This document shows, piece after piece, positions 1 through 9,509 of a DNA stretch of 49,731 nucleotides. The stretch is taken from IMG/VR virus record IMGVR_UViG_3300012942_000061, positions 1 to 49,731 of that record; one strand, given 5' to 3'. The number at the start of each line of letters is the position of its first letter. The stretch's first letter is position 1. The DNA is from a virus. Its lineage: Duplodnaviria; Caudoviricetes. The notes below the pieces were generated by a model. The model was given only the letters and a program-made list of their open reading frames with translations. It was not told where the DNA came from and searched no databases. The position numbers were made by a program, and so were the translations under genes.

Positions 1-282
1 TGAGCGGTGCCGACCTGAGTGGTGCCAACCTGATAGATGCCAATCTGATACGTGCCGACCTGAGCCGTGCCGACCTGAGTGGTGCCAACCTGATAGATAC
101 CAATCTGAGCGGTGCCGACCTGAGTGGTGCCAATCTGATACGTGCCGACCTGAGATATACCAATCTGAGCGGTGCCAACCTGAGTGGTGCCAATCTGATA
201 CGTGCCGACCTGAGCGGTGCCAACCTGAGTGGTGCCAATCTGAGTGGTGCCAACCTGATACGTGCCGACCTGAGCGATGCCA
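1..282 (+). repeat. Imperfect 15-bp tandem repeat (CTGAGYGGTGCCRAY-like) encoding the pentapeptide units
   Basis: About 18-19 units read directly from the sequence. Confidence 0.9.
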
Positions 283-581
283 AAGAAGACCTTTTTGAAA
301 TTCTTAAAAATGCACCAGACGAGATACAGGGGCTTCGAGCGGCAATAATTGAAGGTAAAATTGATGGGTCTTGTTACGAAGGTAGTTGCGCTTGCCTTGT
401 AGGGACAATTGCCAATCTTCGTCATTGTAATTATTTATCGCTGTCAAACATCAAGCCTAATAGTGTACGTCTGGCAGAACGATGGTTCTTGGCAATACGA
501 CCGGGAAACACTCCTCAAAATAACCAAATATCAAAAATTACACTTGAATGGATTGACGAATTTTTAAATCTTAAAAATTAA
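3..581 (+). CDS. Pentapeptide-repeat protein, 5' truncated by the window edge
   Basis: Manual translation of frame +3 gives [20 protein letters not shown]... followed by a unique C-terminal domain ([19 protein letters not shown]...[10 protein letters not shown]), ending at TAA 579-581. Not in the ORF track because it has no start codon. Confidence 0.9.
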   Translation, partial: SGADLSGANLIDANLIRADLSRADLSGANLIDTNLSGADLSGANLIRADLRYTNLSGANLSGANLIRADLSGANLSGANLSGANLIRADLSDAKEDLFEILKNAPDEIQGLRAAIIEGKIDGSCYEGSCACLVGTIANLRHCNYLSLSNIKPNSVRLAERWFLAIRPGNTPQNNQISKITLEWIDEFLNLKN

Positions 582-601
582 ATTAATAAAAACAAATAAT
601 C

Positions 602-1684
602 ATGGAACAAGCATTAATAAAATTAGACGGATTGTCCGAAACATTATCGGCAAATAGATCATTGACGGAACGGGCAAAACTTGCAGTAACCTGCAAAATG
701 GACGAATTTAATAAATTAGATTTATCTATTTTGGACGATGTTACAGGAAACGCTAAGGAGCAGGAACTAAACGGACTTCTAAATAAAATAGACAGTACAT
801 TAGAACTAAATCACAACAGACGGAAGCCGTTTACGCAAAAAATGGATGAGGTTAAGAAAATATTTACGTCTGATGAAGCAGAAATTAAGCAATTGTCCGA
901 ACTTGTTAAGGATGGTATTAAAAAATGGAGTGCTGAAAAAATGAGGCGTAATCGTATTGCTGATGAAGAGAAAGAACGAAAATTAGCGAAAGAAAATGCA
1001 AAAGTGGACTATCGCCGGCATGTTACCGAACAAATTAATTTGCGTTACCTTCAAATGGTGGCCAAGTTAAAAAAGAGAATGACTGATAAATTTTTCTCTT
1101 TGAAAGGGGAAGAATTGGAAGCCTATAAAAAAACTTTAGAAAGTTATAAACCTGCAATGGTTATTCCCGATTATGGAGCAACTGACCATCCGTTGTTGAG
1201 TGAAGAAGAAATGAAGTCAATAAGACAGTCCACCGAGAAAGACATTTTTAACGCCCTTGCGGACGATTTTACCGACCAAATGGAAACTTGTAAGCAAGAT
1301 TTAATTTCGGGGCAGGATGCGGCTAATATTGAGGAAAAACAACTAATTGAGGAGCAAAAGGCAAAAGACGAAATGGAATCAAAGGCCAAATCTGATGCAG
1401 AGATTGCAAAAATGAATAACACCTTAGATGCTTCGGCTGTTGCCCCTGTTTCCGAATTAGGCAAAGGAGTTTCGGTAAAAATTAAATATGCGCCTAAAGA
1501 CCACCAGCAAGTTGTGAAAATAGTCCAATACTGGGTTGCCAATGTAATGAACACAATGACGGTTTCGGAGCTAACCAAGAAGCTAAGCTTTATGTTTACG
1601 GCTGCTAATTCAGCTCTGAACAAAGGCGAAAAAATAGAAGGAATTGACACCGTTGAGGATATTTTTAAGCGCAAAACAAAATGA
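602..1684 (+). CDS. Coiled-coil phage protein in the recombination module
   Basis: 360 aa, helical and K/E-rich; overlaps the downstream exonuclease (ATGA). Confidence 0.55.
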   Translation: MEQALIKLDGLSETLSANRSLTERAKLAVTCKMDEFNKLDLSILDDVTGNAKEQELNGLLNKIDSTLELNHNRRKPFTQKMDEVKKIFTSDEAEIKQLSELVKDGIKKWSAEKMRRNRIADEEKERKLAKENAKVDYRRHVTEQINLRYLQMVAKLKKRMTDKFFSLKGEELEAYKKTLESYKPAMVIPDYGATDHPLLSEEEMKSIRQSTEKDIFNALADDFTDQMETCKQDLISGQDAANIEEKQLIEEQKAKDEMESKAKSDAEIAKMNNTLDASAVAPVSELGKGVSVKIKYAPKDHQQVVKIVQYWVANVMNTMTVSELTKKLSFMFTAANSALNKGEKIEGIDTVEDIFKRKTK

Positions 1685-2316
1685 TTAATTACTTTGACCA
1701 TCCGTATTGCTCCAACTCCAAATTATCGGAAATCGGTAGGGAGTTGGGCGTAATACCGGAAATAAAAGGCGAACCATACGAAAAATATCGCTTAGGAACT
1801 TTGTTCGATGCCGTTGTAACCGAACCGACATTAATCGACCTTAAAGGATTGATGGTAAAGGAATATCCGTTTAAAATGGATGAATATTGGCAGATGCGAG
1901 CGATGGACAAGGCTTTGAAAAATAATCCAATTTTTAGTCATTTTTGGGCTTTAAAGCCGGACTACCAAAAGGAAGTTTATAAGCGAGTAAAGTTTAAAGG
2001 GTATGAACTAAACATGAAAGCTAAGTTGGACTTTTATATTCCGGGCATTGTTTCAGACCTAAAGAGTACAGATTGTACAAGCCAAATGCAATTTGAACCG
2101 ATGGTGGAAATGTTCGGTTATCACAGGCAAATGGTCTTATATTCAATATTGACAGGTTGCGAAAGGGCAATTATTTTCGCAGTAAGCAAGAAAAAACCGT
2201 ACAATGTTTTTGTTGTTCAAATGAAAAGAGGCGACAATCTTTGGGCGGAAGGATTAAAACAATTAAATTTTTTATCATTCAAATATTATATGACACATGG
2301 AGAAGCTAACAGTTAA
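1681..2316 (+). CDS. PD-(D/E)XK exonuclease (RecE/Exo VIII C-terminal-like)
   Basis: SNSKL, LGTLFDAVVTEP, KAKLD...SDLKST and YHRQMVLY motifs. Confidence 0.8.
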   Translation: MINYFDHPYCSNSKLSEIGRELGVIPEIKGEPYEKYRLGTLFDAVVTEPTLIDLKGLMVKEYPFKMDEYWQMRAMDKALKNNPIFSHFWALKPDYQKEVYKRVKFKGYELNMKAKLDFYIPGIVSDLKSTDCTSQMQFEPMVEMFGYHRQMVLYSILTGCERAIIFAVSKKKPYNVFVVQMKRGDNLWAEGLKQLNFLSFKYYMTHGEANS

Positions 2317-2473
2317 AGATTTTGCGAAAAGATTAGGAATTTCAGTACAGAATGTACGGTATCTTATTAATAATGACATTGTGGATTATGAGCGGTGGAG
2401 TGAGCGTTTTTATTTAATACTGATGACCGAAAAAACATTAAGTTATGAACCGAACCTAAAAATGAAACGATAA
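2297..2473 (+). CDS. Small HTH DNA-binding protein (excisionase-like fold)
   Basis: Manual translation MEKLTVKDFAKRLGISVQNVRYLINND..., 58 aa; fills the gap between neighbouring genes. Confidence 0.7.
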   Translation: MEKLTVKDFAKRLGISVQNVRYLINNDIVDYERWSERFYLILMTEKTLSYEPNLKMKR

Positions 2474-2805
2474 TGACAGCTTATACTGCTCCGGGTATCA
2501 TATCTTATACCCCACTGAATATTTTAAAGATTGTGAATATCGTGGCGCACCATTTCGATATTTCCGTTGAAACAATTTACAGCAAGTCCCGTAAGGATTC
2601 AATAAAATGGTATCGTTATATTGTGATGTATTTGGCGAGGAATTGCGCACATATCGCATACGAGAAAATAGCGCAGGAATTTGGATTCGACCATACTACC
2701 GTCATAAGTGCAATAAAAGCGACACAAGACAGGATTGACACGGAATCAGATTTTGACTTATCAAAATTAATGCAAGAAGTAAAAATTAAAACTTTAGGGC
2801 TTTGA
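2473..2805 (+). CDS. DnaA C-terminal (domain IV) HTH-like protein
   Basis: IVAHHFDIS...SKSRK...RYIVMYLAR...IAQEFGFDHTTVISA matches the DnaA_C pattern. Confidence 0.8.
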   Translation: MTAYTAPGIISYTPLNILKIVNIVAHHFDISVETIYSKSRKDSIKWYRYIVMYLARNCAHIAYEKIAQEFGFDHTTVISAIKATQDRIDTESDFDLSKLMQEVKIKTLGL

Positions 2806-4355
2806 AACAATTAAGAGATTACCAAATAAAAAGCAACAATGATATATCAAGATTATATAAAGAAGGTAAGAGGAAGATAATTTTTCAACTCTGCACCGGA
2901 GGAGGGAAAACTCTGACAACCACTAAGTTAATAGAAAGATACCTGAAAGCCAATCCCTCAAAAACAGTTTTATTCATTGTTCATAGGGAACGGTTGCTGG
3001 AGCAATTCAAGGGTACAATGGAATCAGAAACCCATATTATGTGCGATGCGATAACAGCAGGCACTCAATACCGTGATGTTCGGAAAAGTGTATTTGTTTG
3101 CATGGTTCAAACAGCATATAACCGACTAAAGAAAAACCCCTTATGGTTCGGCCAAAATGTAGGAATGGTCGTATTTGATGAGGCTCATTTGGGAGTACAC
3201 AAAAAGATGCACGATTTCTTTGAGGGAAAATTTATAGTTGGATTAACCGCAACACCACTGGCAGCAACGAAAAAAGACCCTTTGAAAAATTATTTTGAGG
3301 ATATTGTAAGTTGCATTTCAGGAAAAGAACTTATTGCAAATGGTAGCCTTTGCCAAAATATAACATACCACATCAAGGATAATATCGATTACAAAAGCCT
3401 AAAATTAAAAGCAGGAGAGTTTGACAACAAGCAAATGGGTTCTGAATATTCCAAAAAAAAGAATGTACACAATGTAGTAAAGGCTTACGAAGATAAAGCG
3501 AAAGGGAAAAAGACAATCATTTTCAACTGTAATGTTGAACATTCAAAGCTGGTTAATCAAGCTTTTTTAGATGCAGGTTATGATAGTAAGCATCTGGACG
3601 GAACAATGAATGAAAACGAAAGGGAAGCAATTTTAGAATGGTTTGATAAGACTGATGGAGCTATCCTTAACAATATCGACATTCTAACGGCTGGTGCTGA
3701 TTTCCCTACCATTGAATGTGTGATAATAAACAGGGCTACCATGAGCTTAACCCTTTGGATGCAGGCTTGTGGTCGAGGGAGCAGACCAACAAAAACAAAA
3801 AATACATTCATTATCTTGGATTTAGGCGGTAACGCCATGAGGCACGGAGATTGGAGCGATGATAGAGATTGGAAGCAAGTATTTTTCAACCCACCTACTG
3901 CAAAAAAAGTCGGAGAAGAAGGTGTAGCACCGATAAAGATTTGTATTAATCCTGACTGTGAGGCTATCATTCCTGCACAATCAACAATTTGTAAGTTTTG
4001 CGAAGCCAAACAACCATTAAAAGAGGTTATGTATGACAAAGATAATATAGAGTTAGTTAGGTTTGATATGGGAGCAGCAATTGAACATATCAACCAAAAT
4101 GGATACAATCCGTATTCCTTGCTTCATAAAATAAAAGGAAATATTGTCAAAAAGGCTCATGCTTTTTCTTGTGAAATGAATGAAACAAGGGCTTACAATT
4201 TGATAGGAATGTTTCAGATACAAGTGCAGAAATGGTGTAAGGAACAAGGTAAAAGATATGATTCATGGCATAAAGAAACGACCACAAAATGGATTATGGA
4301 TGAGATTGAAAAAAAATTCGGTTATAAATTCAAACCTTTGGAACTTAAGTTTTAG
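2802..4355 (+). CDS. Superfamily 2 DEAH helicase (RadD/YejH-like) with C-terminal Zn finger
   Basis: LRDYQ, TGGGKT, DEAH, GLTATP, QACGRGSR and CxxxxC...CxxC. Confidence 0.92.
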   Translation: MKQLRDYQIKSNNDISRLYKEGKRKIIFQLCTGGGKTLTTTKLIERYLKANPSKTVLFIVHRERLLEQFKGTMESETHIMCDAITAGTQYRDVRKSVFVCMVQTAYNRLKKNPLWFGQNVGMVVFDEAHLGVHKKMHDFFEGKFIVGLTATPLAATKKDPLKNYFEDIVSCISGKELIANGSLCQNITYHIKDNIDYKSLKLKAGEFDNKQMGSEYSKKKNVHNVVKAYEDKAKGKKTIIFNCNVEHSKLVNQAFLDAGYDSKHLDGTMNENEREAILEWFDKTDGAILNNIDILTAGADFPTIECVIINRATMSLTLWMQACGRGSRPTKTKNTFIILDLGGNAMRHGDWSDDRDWKQVFFNPPTAKKVGEEGVAPIKICINPDCEAIIPAQSTICKFCEAKQPLKEVMYDKDNIELVRFDMGAAIEHINQNGYNPYSLLHKIKGNIVKKAHAFSCEMNETRAYNLIGMFQIQVQKWCKEQGKRYDSWHKETTTKWIMDEIEKKFGYKFKPLELKF

Positions 4356-4470
4356 CTTTGCCAAAAGATTATTTCGGGGGGAATATATCTAAAAACATTT
4401 GGCTACCCTTTCAACGGCGACCCCCTGCGCTTTAGATTCGGTAGCCTTTCCTTTCTAAACTAAAAAAACA

Positions 4471-4761
4471 ATGAATATTTACCTATCAGGCAAGATAACA
4501 GGATTGGATAGAAACGAAACTGTATCAAAATTTGCCAATTATGAATCAATGTTTGCGACACATGATGTTTTCAACCCATTAAGATATTGTGTTGAGAAAT
4601 ATGGATGGGATAAAGAGCATAGTTTTTATCTTTCCGTAATTTTACCATTCGTTTTTTGGTGCGATGCCATTGTAATGTTCCCTGATTGGCAAGATAGCGT
4701 TGGTGCAATTTTGGAGCATGAAACAGCAAGAAGTTTAGGTAAGAAAATTTTGTATGTATGA
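4471..4761 (+). CDS. DUF4406-like / nucleoside deoxyribosyltransferase-like protein
   Basis: IYLSGKITG...FNP...CDAIVMFPDWQDSVGAILEHETA. Confidence 0.8.
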   Translation: MNIYLSGKITGLDRNETVSKFANYESMFATHDVFNPLRYCVEKYGWDKEHSFYLSVILPFVFWCDAIVMFPDWQDSVGAILEHETARSLGKKILYV

Positions 4762-5093
4762 CCGAAGATCAACTACAAGCCGAGTTTTACCAATGGGTAT
4801 GGATGGAGCGTCCTCAATTAAGACGATGTATTTGGGCTGTGCCTAATGGTGGTCTTAGGGATAAGATTACCGCTGCTAAAATGCAATCCACAGGCCAATT
4901 AAAAGGCTGTTGGGATTTGCATATTTTTTATAGAGGTCGGTTTTATATCATTGAAACAAAAATTGGTAAAAACGATTTAAGTCCTGACCAAATCATTTGG
5001 CGAGATTTAATGGTTTCACATGGAGCGCAGGCTTTTGTTTACAGGACATTAGACGAAGGGAAAATGATAATTGATAAAATTTTAAACGTATGA
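4758..5093 (+). CDS. VRR-NUC domain nuclease
   Basis: TEDQLQ, VPNGG, GCWDL, IETK and LSPDQ. Confidence 0.85.
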   Translation: MTEDQLQAEFYQWVWMERPQLRRCIWAVPNGGLRDKITAAKMQSTGQLKGCWDLHIFYRGRFYIIETKIGKNDLSPDQIIWRDLMVSHGAQAFVYRTLDEGKMIIDKILNV

Positions 5094-7267
5094 TTTCTCT
5101 ATATAAAGGCAAGACCGATGTCAAATCAAAGGACACCTTATCCATGTCCGATTTTTTGGACGGGATACAGAATGGCCGTTGGCAGGACTACGCATTTGAT
5201 TATCGTGCGGGGAAAATATCAAAAGACAACATTCCAAGAGTAACCATTTCAGGTTACTTTTCTTATCGTAATGATGCCAGCTTAATTGAACATTCAGGGT
5301 TTATTTGCGTTGACATTGATGACCATAACATAGATATGGTCAAAAGCAAACTAAGTAAAGATATTTATTGCTATGCAGCCTTTGTTTCCAAGAGTGGTAA
5401 AGGAATAGCCGCCTTGTTTAAAATAAACCCGTCTAAGCATCGTGAAAGCTATTTAGGACTGTCAGAATACCTTTTCAATAATTATGGATTTATAGCGGAC
5501 CCAGCAGCCAAAAACGAAAGCCGAACAAGGGATGTTTCGTTTGACCCTGATATTTACATTAATGCCGGCGCTAAAAAATTCACTTACTATCCAAAACCAA
5601 AACCCAAAGCACTAACCAAACTACCAACCACAATATTTGTAAAGTCAGATTTTGACGACATTATCAGGGATATAACCACAAGGAATATTGACTTGTGTGT
5701 TAATTATCAGGAGTGGTTAGATATTTGCTTTGCTTTATCAGAACAATTTGGGGAGGGTGGCAGGCACTATTTTCATCTAATTTCACAAATTGGCGAAAAA
5801 TATGAAAGCCGACAATGCGATGCTCAATTTAGTAATTGTCTAAAACATAGAGGTTCAGGAATAACTATTGGCACATTCTATTACTACTGCAAACAAGCAG
5901 GAATAGAAACTATGAGCCAGAAGACGAAAATGATTGCTTCGGCTTCAAGTCAAGCCAAAAAAGGCGGTCGAACAAAAGAAGATACCATTAGATTATTGCA
6001 TGATGTTGAAAATATTAGCGCATTAGATAGTAAGGATATTGTTAATCAGGTTTTTGATAATAATATTCAGATTTCAGACACGTCAGAAAGTTTGGTTGAA
6101 CAGGTGGAAATGTGGATTCGCCAAAATATTAACATCAAAAGAAACGAAGTTACAGCAAAACATGAGATGGATGGACATCCTATGGAAGATTACGATTACA
6201 ACTCAATTTTTTTGGATTGTAAAAAGATTTTTGAAAAGGTTGATTATTCAATATTTGAAAGAATATTAAACAGTAACCGAATTGCGCACTATAATCCTCT
6301 AAAAGATTGGTTTTATGAACGAAGAAAGATGAAGCCAACTGGAAACATAGAAAGGCTTATCCAAAGTATTCATACAAACATGAACAGAGATTATGTGGAT
6401 ATGGTAGTGAAGAAATGGTTATGCGGTATTGTGGATGCAGTTTTTGACCAAGCCCCTCCTTTGATGCTTGTTTTGTTAGGAACTATAAATGAGGGTAAGA
6501 CGTTTTTCTTTAGAAACTTATTGCCAAAAGACCTTAACGAACATTATTACGGAGAAAGTAAATTAGATGCGGACAAAGATGATGCTATTCTAATGACCCA
6601 AAAGTTAATAATTTTGGATGATGAAATGAGCGGAAAAAGCAAGAGAGAAAGCGCAAAGTTTAAAAGCATAACTTCAAAGGACATTTTTTCATTAAGGAAG
6701 CCTTATGGCAAAGGGAATGTTGACTTGAAAAGGTTGGCGATGCTTTGTGCAACGACAAATGAATTCCAGATAATTGAAAAAATATCAGAGAACAGGCGTA
6801 TATTACCTATTGAAGTTGAGGGACGTGATTTTGCACTTTATGATTCAATAAATAAAGAGGAACTTTTAATGGAGATTTTTCATGCGAGGAACGAAGGCCT
6901 AATTAGTTCTGGAATGACAAAAAAAGACATTAAGTTTTTGGCTGAAAATACTAAAAAATATGAAATATCATCAGCAGAAAAAGACGGCATTTTAACTTTC
7001 TTTCATAGTCCTGGTACTTATGATAGGAATAGTGCTACTTTTATGACTGTATCAGCAATTAGAGCGGTCATTCAAAGTAAATATTTTGACAACCTAAACA
7101 ACCAAAAAATAAGCTCCTATATGAGGGAAATAGGCTATCCATTGGATGTTTATAATGGAGTTTATGGTTATTATATGTATCAGCGTAGCGAAGGTGCTGC
7201 TAAATACACACCAGAAGAAAATCCGATACATAAAGGACACGAAAATGATAATTTTTTGCCTTTTTAA
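5090..7267 (+). CDS. Primase-helicase (BT4734-like N-terminus, PriCT-2, VapE-like ATPase)
   Basis: HSGFICVDIDD, SKSGKG, YQEWLDICFAL (PriCT-2), GTINEGKT Walker A, ILDDE Walker B and RKPYG. Confidence 0.88.
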   Translation: MISLYKGKTDVKSKDTLSMSDFLDGIQNGRWQDYAFDYRAGKISKDNIPRVTISGYFSYRNDASLIEHSGFICVDIDDHNIDMVKSKLSKDIYCYAAFVSKSGKGIAALFKINPSKHRESYLGLSEYLFNNYGFIADPAAKNESRTRDVSFDPDIYINAGAKKFTYYPKPKPKALTKLPTTIFVKSDFDDIIRDITTRNIDLCVNYQEWLDICFALSEQFGEGGRHYFHLISQIGEKYESRQCDAQFSNCLKHRGSGITIGTFYYYCKQAGIETMSQKTKMIASASSQAKKGGRTKEDTIRLLHDVENISALDSKDIVNQVFDNNIQISDTSESLVEQVEMWIRQNINIKRNEVTAKHEMDGHPMEDYDYNSIFLDCKKIFEKVDYSIFERILNSNRIAHYNPLKDWFYERRKMKPTGNIERLIQSIHTNMNRDYVDMVVKKWLCGIVDAVFDQAPPLMLVLLGTINEGKTFFFRNLLPKDLNEHYYGESKLDADKDDAILMTQKLIILDDEMSGKSKRESAKFKSITSKDIFSLRKPYGKGNVDLKRLAMLCATTNEFQIIEKISENRRILPIEVEGRDFALYDSINKEELLMEIFHARNEGLISSGMTKKDIKFLAENTKKYEISSAEKDGILTFFHSPGTYDRNSATFMTVSAIRAVIQSKYFDNLNNQKISSYMREIGYPLDVYNGVYGYYMYQRSEGAAKYTPEENPIHKGHENDNFLPF

Positions 7268-7284
7268 TTTTTTTCAAAAAATAG

Positions 7285-7314
7285 TTTGTAATTAAAATAA
7301 TTGTTGTATCTTTG
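7285..7314 (+). promoter_or_regulatory. Bacteroidota housekeeping-type promoter
   Basis: TTTG at 7285-7288, 18-nt spacer, TATCTTTG at 7307-7314. Confidence 0.7.
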
Positions 7315-7347
7315 TGGTACATTATTCGATTAAAGACTTAAAATTTA

Positions 7348-7685
7348 TGACCAAACAGCAAGCAATGACCCTAGAACTATCCAAAGCATTTGCAGAAGTA
7401 CGAAACGCCGCTACCCGGTTTGAAGTGTTGAGGCACGAAAAAGAATGCAGCCATTACGTCAAGAAAGAAATGCACCGGTGGACACGAAACTTAAAGTCAA
7501 TCGAAAGGGATTTCAAAATGATGTTCGTAGATATTGAGAGCCGCAAAGCAGTTGAGGAGCAGTTACTGAACGACGAAGATAGCCTGCAAATAGAGTTCAT
7601 TACAGATGCGGTCGTCGGCACGACCAAAGAAAAGCGGGATGAGATTGAAAAATTTATTGAGGAACTTTTAAATCAACCCGCATGA
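7348..7685 (+). CDS. Hypothetical protein (start moved to MTKQQ)
   Basis: Track ORF 7314..7685 starts inside the promoter; ATG 7348 follows an A/T-rich leader. Confidence 0.6.
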
Positions 7686-7810
7686 CACACGGTAGCCTTT
7701 TTTCAGGGATAGGTGGTTTCGATTATGCCGCTCAATTGATGGGATGTCAAAATGTATTCCATTGCGAAATAAACCCGTTCGGACAAAATATTTTAAAATA
7801 TGGCAAATAA
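7682..7810 (+). pseudogene. Orphan 5' fragment of a C5 cytosine methyltransferase
   Basis: MTHGSLFSGIGGFDYAAQLMGCQNVFHCEINPFGQNILKYGK* contains only motifs I-II. Confidence 0.85.
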
Positions 7811-8243
7811 CTTTAAAAACCCAAGACCATTTCAATTTTACAATGGCAAAAAGTTTACTCTTCGAGATACTGGATATTATGGTATGACTACGGGAGATAG
7901 AAAATTAATGCACAGGTATATATGGGAAGCATAGGTCGGGCCTATACCTATCGGATGGGATATTCATCACATTAATGAAAATAAGGCAGATAATCGGATT
8001 GAAAACTTTGAATGTCTGCCGAAAAGTGAACACACAAGAATTTACTCTCCCAACAATAATCAGTTTGGAGAAGGTAAACGTCCAGTAATAATGATGGATG
8101 TAAGCGGTAGTATAATTAAAAAATTCAGCTCTTCATCACAAGCCGCTAAAGAATTAGGCATTGAAAGAACAGGAATAAACATGGCTATCAATGGAAATAT
8201 AAAAACATATAAAAAACACAAATGGAGTTATGCAAATAGTTGA
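7800..8243 (+). pseudogene. HNH + NUMOD1 homing endonuclease with one in-frame TAG (7932-7934)
   Basis: ...LMHRYIWEA*VGPIPIGWDIHHINENKADNRIENFECL...SEH...FSSSSQAAKELGI...HKWSYANS*. Confidence 0.85.
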
Positions 8244-9270
8244 TTTATTTGCTGGCATAGGCGGTTTTAGCTTGGCTGGACATATGTTAGGGTGGGATAC
8301 CGTGCAAATGGTAGAGATTAATCCGTTCTGTCAAAAAATATTATCTCATCATTTCCCTAACGCAAAAATTCATAACGATGTTAAAACATTTGGAATTGAA
8401 GTACTCAAAAAATCAAGATGGGACCCGGCAATTGGAACTATTTTATGCGGAGGATTTCCGTGTCAACCATTCAGTGTCTCCGGGAAACAACTCGGCACAG
8501 AAGATGAACGCCACCTGTGGCCGGAAATGCTTAGAGCAATTCGAGAGATTCAGCCACGCTGGGTTGTGGGCGAAAACGTTCGCGGGCTTATTAATTGGAA
8601 TGGAGGGCTGGTATTCGACGAGGTGCAGGCTGACCTGGAAGCTGCGGGGTACGAAGTCCAACCGTTTTTACTTCCAGCTTGCGGTGTCTACAACGCCCCG
8701 CACCGGAGGGATAGAATCTGGTTTATTGCTTACTCCGACCACAAGCGAGCAGGTTCACAATATCGATCTTTTCAAGAAGAGGATGGAAAAGTACCCGAAC
8801 GGAACAACTATGCCAAACCTTGCAACGCAAGTGGCAGGGCTACTTCCAACACCGGATTGCAGCGACAGGAGAAGTCAACGAAGCAAACAATGGGGGCTAA
8901 GCAATTATTTAAAAGCGGGGATGCTACCGACAGTGAGAATGTCGGATTACAAAGGGGCAAGGACAAAAGAAGCATTACAGGCATCAGGCAGGGGCGAGAG
9001 GAACAATCTTGCGGATTCGTTTGCCCAGACTGGCAAAACTTCCCAACTCAATCCCCGGTTTGTAATGGAAATGATGGGATTTCCGCCCGATTGGACACTG
9101 ATTCCGTTCTTGAAGCAGTCGGAAGAAAAGTAAATAAAAGATTTAATCCTTATGGTTATTGGCGAAATGAAAGTATAAAAGCAGGGGGTAACGCAATCGT
9201 ACCACAAGTGGCGATTCAAATATTCAAAGCAATAGAACAGTACGAACAAATTCAAAATATCGAATCATGA
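8230..9270 (+). CDS. C5 cytosine DNA methyltransferase, large (alpha) chain
   Basis: FAGIGG, GGFPCQPFS, ENV, PHRRDRIWF and motif X GNAIVPQVA; no motif IX in this frame. Confidence 0.93.
   Translation: MQIVDLFAGIGGFSLAGHMLGWDTVQMVEINPFCQKILSHHFPNAKIHNDVKTFGIEVLKKSRWDPAIGTILCGGFPCQPFSVSGKQLGTEDERHLWPEMLRAIREIQPRWVVGENVRGLINWNGGLVFDEVQADLEAAGYEVQPFLLPACGVYNAPHRRDRIWFIAYSDHKRAGSQYRSFQEEDGKVPERNNYAKPCNASGRATSNTGLQRQEKSTKQTMGAKQLFKSGDATDSENVGLQRGKDKRSITGIRQGREEQSCGFVCPDWQNFPTQSPVCNGNDGISARLDTDSVLEAVGRKVNKRFNPYGYWRNESIKAGGNAIVPQVAIQIFKAIEQYEQIQNIES
8378..9133 (+). CDS. Nested +1-frame ORF, putative small (beta) chain of the methyltransferase (true start uncertain)
   Basis: Repeated LLPTP-like units and a motif IX-like LNPRFVMEMMGFPPDWT. 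Confidence 0.75.
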   Translation: MLKHLELKYSKNQDGTRQLELFYAEDFRVNHSVSPGNNSAQKMNATCGRKCLEQFERFSHAGLWAKTFAGLLIGMEGWYSTRCRLTWKLRGTKSNRFYFQLAVSTTPRTGGIESGLLLTPTTSEQVHNIDLFKKRMEKYPNGTTMPNLATQVAGLLPTPDCSDRRSQRSKQWGLSNYLKAGMLPTVRMSDYKGARTKEALQASGRGERNNLADSFAQTGKTSQLNPRFVMEMMGFPPDWTLIPFLKQSEEK

Positions 9271-9509
9271 TAACAGCATGTACACTAAAGAAAGCCGGAT
9301 TTGTAGCCGGCGAATGGGGACCATTTTCAGACAGAGACAGATATCGCACCTGGACGTTAGAAATCAACGATGAGTGCGCAATTGAAGTAGATGAGGAATT
9401 TATAGACGGGGAAACAAATTTCTATCCGTCGATTTCATCGGATGGTTATGTCCCGCTGAAGATTGAAGACGTAACCAAATTATTAACCTTAAAAGATTTG
9501 TTGAAATGA
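9267..9509 (+). CDS. Hypothetical protein
   Basis: ATGA overlaps on both sides. Confidence 0.6.
   Translation: MITACTLKKAGFVAGEWGPFSDRDRYRTWTLEINDECAIEVDEEFIDGETNFYPSISSDGYVPLKIEDVTKLLTLKDLLK

Noticed and set aside
1-282. Possible CRISPR array
   Set aside because: Contiguous 15-bp coding repeats with no spacers.
2297-2473. Lysogeny module implied by the excisionase-like HTH
   Set aside because: No integrase or CI-like repressor in the window, so lifestyle cannot be determined.
7932-7934. In-frame TAG in the HNH gene as a sign of genome-wide amber recoding
   Set aside because: Long essential genes have no internal TAG, several genes (helicase, tnpB, chaperone) end in TAG, and no suppressor tRNA was seen. 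A nonsense mutation or sequencing error is simpler.
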